Source: Cyanobacteriota bacterium (GTDB taxonomy: Bacteria > Cyanobacteriota > Cyanobacteriia > PCC-6307 > Cyanobiaceae). Taken from it: DNA of 64,000 nucleotides. Under the pieces are notes generated by a model. It worked only from the letters and a program-made list of their open reading frames with translations. It had not been told where the DNA came from and did no database searches. The position numbers and the translations under genes were made by a program. Below, piece after piece: positions 56,698-64,000 of this stretch. Positions within the stretch are counted from its first letter, which is position 1, and every line of letters begins with the position of its first letter. The stretch is from positions 192,001 through 256,000 of the forward strand of contig JBJOMY010000004.1 in the NCBI GenBank assembly GCA_046052125.1, given 5' to 3'.

Positions 56698-57920
56698 CGG
56701 GCCAGGGCGCCACAACAGCCATCGCGCCGATGGCGCTGGTGGACTGCCCCACCGGCCTGGCGGGCGACATGCTGCTGGCCGCCCTGTTCGATCTGGGTCT
56801 GCCTGAAGAGGCGGTGGATGGGCCACTGGCGGCACTGGGCCTAGGCCAGGCCTACCGCCTGCAGCGCGTTGAGGCCTTGAGCTGCGGCTTGCGTGGTGTG
56901 CGCTTGCGGGTTGAGCTCACCGAGCCATCGCCGCCGCATCGCCACTGGGGCGATCTGCGCACGCAGATTGCTGCTGCGCCGCTCGAGCCGGCTCTTCAGC
57001 AGCGGGTGCTCGAGGTGTTCACGCTGCTGGCCGAAGCTGAAGCGGCCGTGCATGGCTGCTCGCCGGAGGCGGTGCATTTCCATGAGGTGGGTGCGGTGGA
57101 TGCGTTGGTGGATGTGGTGGGTGTTTGCGCCGGGCTGCAGCACTTCGGCGTGACGCAGCTGGTCTGCACGCCACCTCCGCCTGGCCATGGCCGTGTCCGC
57201 ACCGCCCATGGACTGTTGCCGCTGCCGGCGCCTGCGGTGCTTGAGCTGGCCAGGTGCCGCGGGATTCCCTTGGCGAGCTCCGAAGGCTTTCCCGCCGCTG
57301 AGCTCACCACCCCGACGGGGTTAGCCCTGATGGCTGTTCTGGCCGATCGGTTTGCCCAGGCCCCAGCGCTGCAGCCCAGAGCCGTTGGTGTTGGCCTGGG
57401 GACCAGAGAGCTGGATCGCCCCAACCTGTTGCGGCTCGTGCTGGCGAATCCACTCCAGGACGCAACGGGAGAGCTCGAGGAAACACTGCTCCAGCAGCAG
57501 GCCCAGGTGGACGACGCCACGGGTGAGGATCTCGCCCTCTTGATGGAGGCGTTGCGCGGGGCCGGGGCACTGGAGGTGTTTGCGCAACCGGTGCTCATGA
57601 AAAAAGGGCGTCCGGCGCAGCTGATCACGGTGCTGGCCAGGCCGGAACAAGGCCCGGCGCTGCGGGCGATCTGGTGGAGGCAGGGCAGCAGCATCGGCGT
57701 GCGCGAGCAACTGCAGCGGCGCCGCTCGCTGCCCAGGCAGTCGCTGGAACTCGATACGCCCTGGGGGACGGTGCGGGCCAAGCGCTCCCAGCGCCCCGAT
57801 GGCAGCTGGTTGTGCAAGCCAGAAGCCGACGACCTGGCGCGCCTGGCGGAGCGCCATCAGCTGCCCGTCGACAGACTGCGGCGCGCTGTGTTGGCTCTAT
57901 TTGAGGATCCGTTGCCATGA
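56694..57920 (+). CDS. larC: nickel pincer cofactor nickel insertase LarC
   Basis: DCPTGLAGDM, VHFHEVGAVD, AHGLLPLPAPA, ELTTPTG, VDD, MKKGRP, KPEADD. Confidence 0.92.
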   Translation: MTGQGATTAIAPMALVDCPTGLAGDMLLAALFDLGLPEEAVDGPLAALGLGQAYRLQRVEALSCGLRGVRLRVELTEPSPPHRHWGDLRTQIAAAPLEPALQQRVLEVFTLLAEAEAAVHGCSPEAVHFHEVGAVDALVDVVGVCAGLQHFGVTQLVCTPPPPGHGRVRTAHGLLPLPAPAVLELARCRGIPLASSEGFPAAELTTPTGLALMAVLADRFAQAPALQPRAVGVGLGTRELDRPNLLRLVLANPLQDATGELEETLLQQQAQVDDATGEDLALLMEALRGAGALEVFAQPVLMKKGRPAQLITVLARPEQGPALRAIWWRQGSSIGVREQLQRRRSLPRQSLELDTPWGTVRAKRSQRPDGSWLCKPEADDLARLAERHQLPVDRLRRAVLALFEDPLP

Positions 57921-58885
57921 AATGGCCATCCCTGCCGCCACTGCCCGGTGGCGCCCGCCTGTGGGTCACGATGGCCAGCGGCGGTTTCCTCCTGGCAGCC
58001 CTGCTTGGCCATGGCCGCCAGCTGCTGCAGCTGAGCCTGGATGCGCAGGGTTGGTGCTGGCTGCTGCTGGGGGTGGGCCTCAGCCTGTTGAGCCTGGTGG
58101 CCAACGCCATGGCCTGGGGGATGTGCCTGCGCTGGTTGGGCCAGCGGCCGCGATGGCTGCCGGTGATCGCGCTCTACCTCAGCTCCAACCTGCGCAAATA
58201 CCTGCCTGGGGGCGTGTGGCATCTGTTGGCCCGGTTGCAGGCCCTCAAGGCGGAGTCTGAGCCCGAATCACCTGTGCTGGAGCAGCCCCTCTGCACCCCC
58301 CAGGCGCTGGTGGCGGTGTTGCTCGATCCGTTGCTGGCCGCCGTGGCGGCCCTGGCGCTGGTCTGGTTGGGTGGCTGGCAAACGGGCCTGGGGCTGGTGT
58401 GCTTGTTGCCCTTGCTGCTGCTCATCCCGCGCTGGCTCAATCCGTTGATGCAGCGTCTGGAGCAGCGACGGGCCCGCCAGTTGGTGGATCGAGGCCTACT
58501 TGAGGGCGCAACGGATGCTTTACCCAATGCGTTGCCCAGCTATCCATGGCAGCCGCTGCTGGCGGAGCTGGGCTTCGTGCTGCTGCGGTTCTCAGGCTTC
58601 GCCTGCTGCGTGCAGGCGTTTGATCTTTCCTTCGCCCTGGGCTGGGGCGGTTGGCTAGCCGGTTTTGCCCTGGCGTGGACGGCAGGGTTGGTGGTTCCAG
58701 GGGCGCCGGGTGGATTGGGTGTGTTTGAAGCGGTGCTGCTGCTGCGCCTGGCGGCTGTGGTTCCAGAAGCGCCACTGCTGGCGGTGGTGATCAGCTACCG
58801 GTTGGTGAGCGCCCTGGCGGATCTGATCGGTGCCCTCACGGCCCGCGCCGATCTGGCGGCTCTTCGCAACAGGCGTTACTGTTGA
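57917..58885 (+). CDS. lysylphosphatidylglycerol-synthase-TM / flippase-like membrane protein
   Basis: KYLPGGVW, PGAPGGLGVFE, YRLV. Confidence 0.8.
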   Translation: MKWPSLPPLPGGARLWVTMASGGFLLAALLGHGRQLLQLSLDAQGWCWLLLGVGLSLLSLVANAMAWGMCLRWLGQRPRWLPVIALYLSSNLRKYLPGGVWHLLARLQALKAESEPESPVLEQPLCTPQALVAVLLDPLLAAVAALALVWLGGWQTGLGLVCLLPLLLLIPRWLNPLMQRLEQRRARQLVDRGLLEGATDALPNALPSYPWQPLLAELGFVLLRFSGFACCVQAFDLSFALGWGGWLAGFALAWTAGLVVPGAPGGLGVFEAVLLLRLAAVVPEAPLLAVVISYRLVSALADLIGALTARADLAALRNRRYC

Positions 58886-58907
58886 GAACAGCGCCCTCTG
58901 CTCGCTG

Positions 58908-59390
58908 ATGCCTGCCGTACCGGCGCCTGATCTGCCAGCTGAGGCACTGCGCAGCAGCCTCCATGGCCGCGGTCAACGGCTCACGCCCCAGCGTCAGCGG
59001 GTGTTGGCCTTGTTTGAGCGGCTAGGGGAGGGGATGCACCTCAGTGCCGAGGAAGTGCATCAGCGGCTGCTGCGCGCCGAGGAGCGGGTGTCGCTGGCGA
59101 CGGTGTATCGCACCCTGAGGCTGCTCAGCTCCATGGAGCTGCTGCGGGAGCTTGAGCTTCCGGAGGGAGGCCGCCGTTTTGAGCTAGCCAGCGACGACGA
59201 CCATCGCGATCACCACCATTTGGTGTGTGTGCGCTGTGGCCAAACGGAAGAATTTGAAAGCGAAGCCGTGCTCTCAGCTGGCGAACAAGCCGCTGGTGTG
59301 CATGGTTTTCGACTGTTGGAGTGTGTGTTGAACGTGAGGGCCTTGTGCCCCCGCTGCGCTCAGGCTGAATCAGCCCCGCTGCCGAGTTGA
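58908..59390 (+). CDS. Fur-family transcriptional regulator
   Basis: RLTPQR, HLSAEEV, SLATVYRTL, HHHLVCVRCG, CPRC. Confidence 0.93.
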   Translation: MPAVPAPDLPAEALRSSLHGRGQRLTPQRQRVLALFERLGEGMHLSAEEVHQRLLRAEERVSLATVYRTLRLLSSMELLRELELPEGGRRFELASDDDHRDHHHLVCVRCGQTEEFESEAVLSAGEQAAGVHGFRLLECVLNVRALCPRCAQAESAPLPS

Positions 59391-59516
59391 ACGCACAGGG
59401 ATCAGGGCCGGCTGCATCAGACCGCCGCCACCGTTGTCGTCGTCTGAATCAGCGGCCAGCCAGGCAATCACTCCCACCAGCGTCAGAACGGCGGTGAGAA
59501 GCAGGAGATCGGCCAA
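59370..59516 (-). CDS. candidate 48-aa single-pass membrane peptide (below ORF-track cutoff)
   Basis: hand translation from TTG: MADLLLLTAVLTLVGVIAWLAADSDDDNGGGGLMQPALIPVRSTRQRG. Confidence 0.65.
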   Translation of the reverse strand: MADLLLLTAVLTLVGVIAWLAADSDDDNGGGGLMQPALIPVRSTRQRG

Positions 59517-59580
59517 GGCGCTGACGCGATTGGGGGAACCCTAGCCGGATCTCTCGATTGTGGTGTTGCAACCGCTGCCG

Positions 59581-60156
59581 TTAGAGCGGGGCCAGGGCCA
59601 GAGCACCACCCAGTAGGGCAAGCGCCAGGGCGGCCAGCTGGCTTTGGCGTTGGTTGAACTGGCGGCCGGCCGCGTAGCTGATAGCAATCGTGATGGCTGA
59701 TGCCAACAGGGCTCCCAGCCACCAACCAGCGGTGCCACTGGCTTCCTGGCCGTGGAGCATGGCGTGAATGGCGACAGCCGCGCTGATCACCCCTCCGAGG
59801 AGTGGCAGAGGGCGCACCAGCTTGTTGCTCAGCAGCATCGCCATCCCTACGGCGCTCACAGCCAGAGCGGCCAGCAGCTCAGCGCCGGGGAGTTGGCCGC
59901 CAATGCTGCCGAACAAGCTGCCCAGGGCAGCTCCGCCGATGGCGAATCCCAGCAGCAACGGGCCGAATTGTGCGGCCGTCAGGCCCACGCCCACCAGCAG
60001 CACGAGATGGTCGATGCCCAACAGCGTGTGCAGTGCACCACCGATCAGGCCTGCATCAGCGCCGCCATGGGCGTTGGCCGGCAGGGCTGAGAGCAGGCTC
60101 AAGCCGAAGCCAGCGGCGCTGCTCAGCAGCAGGGAACGGGAGAGGTTGGAGGTCAT
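59581..60156 (-). CDS. hupE: HupE/UreJ-family cobalt/nickel permease
   Basis: signal peptide ending ANA-H, GALHTLLGIDH, AIHAMLHGQE; downstream of a B12 riboswitch. Confidence 0.88.
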   Translation of the reverse strand: MTSNLSRSLLLSSAAGFGLSLLSALPANAHGGADAGLIGGALHTLLGIDHLVLLVGVGLTAAQFGPLLLGFAIGGAALGSLFGSIGGQLPGAELLAALAVSAVGMAMLLSNKLVRPLPLLGGVISAAVAIHAMLHGQEASGTAGWWLGALLASAITIAISYAAGRQFNQRQSQLAALALALLGGALALAPL

Positions 60157-60201
60157 GGGCAGTGCCGGTCCGCGCCGGTGCTGATGGGGGTGGTGGTGGG
60201 A

Positions 60202-60344
60202 AGAGGCGGCGAGCGTTCTGACTAAGGGGTCAGGCTCAAGGACAGACCCCATCACAGCTGCGGGACAGTGCCGGACTGGCAGCCAAAGCTGCGCACCGGA
60301 CTTTCCTCGTTGCCTTCCCGAGCTGAATCCGGGAAACCGCTCTC
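60202..60344 (-). ncRNA. cobalamin riboswitch
   Basis: minus strand: GAGAGCGG...GGAAAGTCCGGTG...TCCGGCACTGTCCCGCAGCTGTG...AGTCAGAACGCTCGCCGCCTCT; B12-box and P1 pairing present. Confidence 0.9.
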
Positions 60345-60356
60345 TGCAGTATCGCT

Positions 60357-61544
60357 TCAGGCGAAGCCTTTGCCTGCATCCTTGGCCACGCAGGCCTGCA
60401 ACTGCTTGCGCAGCAGCGCATGGTCGAGGTTTTTGCCGATCAGCACCAGCTGGTTCTTGCGATCTGATGCCGAGCTCCACTCGCTGTCGTCGATGGAGAA
60501 GCGTTTGCCGGCTAGATGGAACACGTGGCGCTTGGCGCTTTCGTTGAACCAGAGAATGCCCTTGGCGCGGAACACGCCGGCTGGAAGCTGGTTGTCAAGG
60601 AAGTTCTGGAACTTGCGCAGGGCGAAAGGACCTTCGCTGCTGAACGACAACGATGTGAACCCTTCGATTGCCAAGTGATCGGGGTGGCTGTGATCGTGGG
60701 AATGGCCATGGCTATGGGAGTGGTCATGGGAGTGGCCGTGCCCGTGATCGTGCTCACAGTGCCCGTGGTCGTGATCGCAGTTGCTGTGATCGTGCTGCTC
60801 GTGGCCGTGTGAATGGCCATGGTCGTGATCGTGCTCATGCACGCAGTGGCCGTGATCGTGGTCGCAGTCGTCGTGGTTCTGCTCTGCAGCCACCTTGTCG
60901 CTTTCGAACAGCCCCACACTGAGCAGCAGCGGCAGGCTCACATCCCCTTTCACCGAACGCAGGATGCGGGCGTCAGCCTTGATCTCCCGCAGGCGGTGTT
61001 CCACATCCGCCAGGCGTTCTTCCTCCACCAAATCGCATTTGTTCAGCAACAGGATGTCGCCGTACACCACCTGGGCCCGGGCGACCTCGCCATCAAGAAT
61101 CTCGTCGCTGAAGTTCTCAGCATCAATTAGGGTGATGATCGAATCCAGTCGCGTGTCATCACGTAAATCACTGCCGAGAAAGGTCATCGCCACCGGCAGT
61201 GGATCCGCCAGACCTGTGGTTTCAACCACCAGGTAATCCACCGGATCGGGCCGATCGAGAATGCGATAGACGGCTTCCAGCAGTTCACCGTTGATCGAGC
61301 AACAGATGCAACCGTTGCTGAGTTCCACCATGTCTTCGCCGGTGGCGATGATCAGGTCGTTGTCGATGCCGATCTCGCCGAATTCATTCACCAGCACCGC
61401 CGTCTTCACGCCCTGCTGATTGGAGAGGATGTGATTGAGGAGTGTGGTTTTCCCGGCCCCTAGAAAGCCGGTGAGAATGGTCACCGGCAGCGGAGCGGAG
61501 CTGTCGACGGGGTCGATCACAGGGGCTGTCACGCTGGCGGTCAC
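60357..61544 (-). CDS. COG0523/CobW-family G3E metallochaperone GTPase with a His-rich insert
   Basis: GFLGAGKT, VNEFG, GCICC, ETTGLADP, NKCD, RAKG, LVLIG. Confidence 0.93.
   Translation of the reverse strand: MTASVTAPVIDPVDSSAPLPVTILTGFLGAGKTTLLNHILSNQQGVKTAVLVNEFGEIGIDNDLIIATGEDMVELSNGCICCSINGELLEAVYRILDRPDPVDYLVVETTGLADPLPVAMTFLGSDLRDDTRLDSIITLIDAENFSDEILDGEVARAQVVYGDILLLNKCDLVEEERLADVEHRLREIKADARILRSVKGDVSLPLLLSVGLFESDKVAAEQNHDDCDHDHGHCVHEHDHDHGHSHGHEQHDHSNCDHDHGHCEHDHGHGHSHDHSHSHGHSHDHSHPDHLAIEGFTSLSFSSEGPFALRKFQNFLDNQLPAGVFRAKGILWFNESAKRHVFHLAGKRFSIDDSEWSSASDRKNQLVLIGKNLDHALLRKQLQACVAKDAGKGFA
60675..60875 (-). repeat. His-rich low-complexity tract in the COG0523 gene
   Basis: 67 codons with 29 His and two CDHDHGHC units. 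Confidence 0.9.
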
Positions 61545-61596
61545 GTGGGGCAGGTTCGACGGCTGCGGTCAGTCTGATCCCTGAGGCGACTGGCCT

Positions 61597-62004
61597 GGTG
61601 GGGTCCAGCTCACCCAACTTGGCCTCCAGGTCATCCACGCGTCCTTTGAGCAAGGCGAGTTTCTGTTCGAACTCTCCCATCAGGCCCTTGAGCTCCTCGC
61701 TCACTTCAGTGATCCGATCCAGACAAGCGTTCAGCAGGGCGGCCGCTTCGTAGCGGGTCATCACCCGTCCACTGCGCGTGGTGTCGTTGGCATAGCTGGC
61801 TGGCGAAGCAGCCCTAGCGTTCGAGCAGGTTGCCCAGGGCCTGGTCAGCCCAATCGGTGGGCCTGAGGTCTGAAAACTCAGCGATGGACGTCACTTGATT
61901 CGCACTGCGCCATGCGAGAGGAGCGACATGGGGCCATGAGCTGGCACGGACTGCGACTTGAGCGGCCAGACAGAGGGCGACGGGTGCCCGAAGAGGCCTT
62001 TCAT
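61597..62004 (-). pseudogene. decayed SLH-domain outer-membrane porin (Som/OprB-type), 5' fragment only
   Basis: QVTSIAEFSDLRPTDWADQALGNLLER*GC...MTRYEAAALLNACLDRITE...KGRVDDLEAKLGEL; TAG at 61814-16, 4-bp duplication at 61795-61802, out-of-frame ATG, no barrel domain. Confidence 0.88.
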
Positions 62005-62055
62005 GGTCAGCGGGTCGCAGAAAGGGGTGACGGACGCATGTCACATCCACGTCGC

Positions 62056-62078
62056 GGCTGAGTGATAACCATTCTCGT
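62056..62078. promoter_or_regulatory. Fur/Zur-like operator, copy 1
   Basis: GAGTGATAACCATTCTC in the divergent porin-pseudogene/dps gap; core shared with 63580-63602. Confidence 0.6.
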
Positions 62079-62144
62079 GTTGACTTGGCTGTCGTTTTTC
62101 GTTGGGCTTCCTAGCGTTCCTCTGAACGATCGGTGCACGTCGTC

Positions 62145-62627
62145 ATGCCTGCTGCTTCCGCCATCGACATCGGAATCCCCGACCAGCAACGCGCCCAGAT
62201 CGCGGAAGGCCTGGGGCGTGTGCTGGCTGACAGCACGGTGTTGTACGCCAAAACCCATGGATTTCACTGGAATGTGACCGGGCCGATGTTCAACACGCTC
62301 CATCTGATGTTCATGGGGCAGTACACCGAGCTGTGGACCGCCCTGGATGAGATCGCAGAGCGCATCCGTGCGCTGGGGTATCAGGCTCCCTTTGGCGGCT
62401 CGATCTATCGGACGTTGTCGTCCATTCCGGAAAGCGAGGGGGTTCCCGCCGCCATGGACATGGTGCGCGAGCTGGTCGCTGGTCACGAGGCTGTAGCCCG
62501 CACCATCCGCTCGGTGTTTGCTGTTGCGGATGAGGCCAACGATCAGCCCACGGCTGATCTGCTCACCCAGCGACTCCAGATTCACGAGAAAACCGCCTGG
62601 ATGCTGCGCAGCCTGTTGGAAGGCTGA
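62145..62627 (+). CDS. dps: Dps-family ferritin-like protein
   Basis: [47 protein letters not shown]. Confidence 0.95.
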   Translation: MPAASAIDIGIPDQQRAQIAEGLGRVLADSTVLYAKTHGFHWNVTGPMFNTLHLMFMGQYTELWTALDEIAERIRALGYQAPFGGSIYRTLSSIPESEGVPAAMDMVRELVAGHEAVARTIRSVFAVADEANDQPTADLLTQRLQIHEKTAWMLRSLLEG

Positions 62628-62632
62628 TGCGA

Positions 62633-63571
62633 TCAGCGGATCTGGCTCCAGTCGCGGATGAGGGCGGCCTGCCCGGTTCGATCGCAGCGCCCCCCCAGGG
62701 CCTCGACGATCAGGCAGGTGTTGGCGGTGAGGGTGCTCATCAGGTTCGCGCCTCCGCTATCGGCCCGTAGGGCTTGAGGTGCGATCGGTACGCCGCTGAG
62801 GCTGCTGATTCGCGCCAGGCTTTTGGGGGCTGGTGTCTGCTCGGTGAACAGGCTGCGTGCGCCCTTTGCTTGAAGATTGCTCACTGTTTGGGCTAAGGCT
62901 TGGGGCCTGAGTGCATCGCTGCTGCTCATCGCGTCAATCACCGGCAGTTCCTGGAGCCCGTAGGCGCGGGCGAGGCTGGCGAAGGCCCGGTGGCCGCTGG
63001 CCAGGATGCGCGGTTGCTTGAGGCTGGTGAATTGCCTGAGATTCCACTGATGCAGGCTGAGCAAGCTGGCTTGCATCGCCTTGGCGCGGGATTGGATCTG
63101 AGCCGCTTCCTCTGGCGTCAGGCGTTGCAGTCGCTCGCTCACCAGGGCTGTCATGGCGGCAGCCTGGCGAGGGTCGTGCCACACATGCGGATCCCGATCT
63201 CCGTGGGTGTGCCCGTGAGCTTCGTGGTCGGCTGAAAGGTCAGGGCTGTTTGGAACAGCACTTTCGGCCACCTTCAGCGCTCCCGGCAGCCGCTGCAGTG
63301 CTGGGGTGAGCTCATAACCATTGATGAGCACCAGCTTGGCTTGGCGCAGGTGGCGCGTTTGTGCCGGTGTGAGCTGCAATTGGTGCGGGTCGTCTTGCGG
63401 GCCCAGAAGGCAGGCCACGCGCAGGCTGGTGGCGGCGAGGCGCTGCGTGAGATCGCAAAGGGCTCCATCCGCTGCAATCACATCGACCTGGGGCTCAGAG
63501 CGGCAGGCCTGACTGGCCAGTAGGGCCATCAGCGCGATCGAACCAGTAACGAACCGGCGCACGCTCAGCAA
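62633..63571 (-). CDS. cluster A-I metal (Zn/Mn) ABC substrate-binding lipoprotein, ZnuA/MntC-like
   Basis: lipobox-like SQAC, DPH, His loop HEAHGHTH, DPHVWHDP, HRAFASLARAYGL. Confidence 0.88.
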   Translation of the reverse strand: MLSVRRFVTGSIALMALLASQACRSEPQVDVIAADGALCDLTQRLAATSLRVACLLGPQDDPHQLQLTPAQTRHLRQAKLVLINGYELTPALQRLPGALKVAESAVPNSPDLSADHEAHGHTHGDRDPHVWHDPRQAAAMTALVSERLQRLTPEEAAQIQSRAKAMQASLLSLHQWNLRQFTSLKQPRILASGHRAFASLARAYGLQELPVIDAMSSSDALRPQALAQTVSNLQAKGARSLFTEQTPAPKSLARISSLSGVPIAPQALRADSGGANLMSTLTANTCLIVEALGGRCDRTGQAALIRDWSQIR

Positions 63572-63579
63572 GGCTTGGG

Positions 63580-63602
63580 TTGTTAACGATAACCGTTCTT
63601 AA
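63580..63602. promoter_or_regulatory. Fur/Zur-like operator, copy 2
   Basis: imperfect palindrome TTGTTAACGATAACCGTTCTTAA 8 nt upstream of the binding-protein start. Confidence 0.65.
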
Positions 63603-64000
63603 GGTGGTGTCTGGGATGGGGCGCGGTGAAGTAGAGCGTGGTCTTGAGTAGGGCGCCGAGCTGGCGAAAGGTCTCGCCGGCGGGGGTGTCGGCGCCTAGT
63701 GGTCGGTTGAGCAGAAACATCGCCGGAGTGATCGCCAGGTTGTCGCTCAGTTGGATCTTGTACCACCACTCCCACACGGTGTTGCCATCGCGAGGCTGGC
63801 TGCCGCCGTAGAGCGCTGTGGCGAAGATCGGTTGCCCTACCGCCATGCCGAGCGTGTTGCCAATGCTCAGCACATCGCTCCACTGCAGGCCGATGCTCCA
63901 TGACTGGCTCTCGGCCACCAATCCCTGTGTGTTCACAACAGAGTCGTAGTTGGTTCGGTTGAATCCCCAGCCCGCACTGATCGAGGGCAGCCAGCCGGAT
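63583..64000 (-). CDS. 3' part of a cyanobacterial outer-membrane porin (continues beyond the window)
   Basis: open frame from 63999: SGWLPSISAGWG...SQSWSIGLQWSD...GNTLGMAVGQP...WEWWYKIQLSDNLAITPA...GALLKTTLYF. Confidence 0.88.
   Translation of the reverse strand, partial: SGWLPSISAGWGFNRTNYDSVVNTQGLVAESQSWSIGLQWSDVLSIGNTLGMAVGQPIFATALYGGSQPRDGNTVWEWWYKIQLSDNLAITPAMFLLNRPLGADTPAGETFRQLGALLKTTLYFTAPHPRHHLKNGYR

Noticed and set aside
58880..58900. TTGAGAAC half-site upstream of the fur gene (possible autoregulation)
   Set aside because: Second half-site absent and it overlaps the upstream stop codon
60157..60480. Open frame through the riboswitch, in frame with hupE, including HHHPHQH
   Set aside because: The signal peptide starts at ATG 60156 and the upstream sequence is explained by the riboswitch and the COG0523 3' end; probably a chance open frame
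60675..60875. Short DNA repeats that might suggest a CRISPR array or VNTR
   Set aside because: No constant repeat-spacer structure and no cas genes; fully explained by His codons
61597..64000. Idea that the two porin pieces are halves of one gene split by a dps/znuA insertion
   Set aside because: On the minus strand the C-terminal piece lies upstream of the N-terminal piece, the wrong order; they are separate genes

Overview
GC-rich chromosomal segment of a picocyanobacterium (Synechococcus/Cyanobium-type). The assignment is inferred from psbDC, ycf4, petM, ycf39 and the hyperconserved 62-aa protein between tRNA-Trp and tRNA-Asp. Most of the window is core genome: a group-2 sigma factor, nnr, mnmA, cobQ, maf, psbDC, ilvN, trm1, infA, NTRC, three-gene pnt, dxr, cysS, polA, gltX, rplS, map, yajQ, hemL, glcD, xth and larC. 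Two blocks look accessory. (1) At 40.3-50.3 kb, a fused ATP-dependent 5-oxoprolinase and a gamma-glutamyltranspeptidase face a LIV-type ABC importer; this is a candidate glutathione/gamma-glutamyl scavenging module. (2) At 58.9-64 kb there is a metal-homeostasis locus: Fur-family regulator, an unannotated 48-aa membrane peptide, cobalamin-riboswitch-controlled HupE/UreJ, His-rich COG0523, a decayed porin, dps, a ZnuA/MntC-like binding protein and a porin with an extended C-terminus. This locus carries two copies of a Fur/Zur-like operator. Four small ORFs below the ORF-track cutoff were found by hand: petM, 58 aa, 48 aa and 29 aa. No CRISPR array, transposase, integrase or prophage was seen. 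All family calls come from motif recognition, not database searches, and several start codons are estimates.
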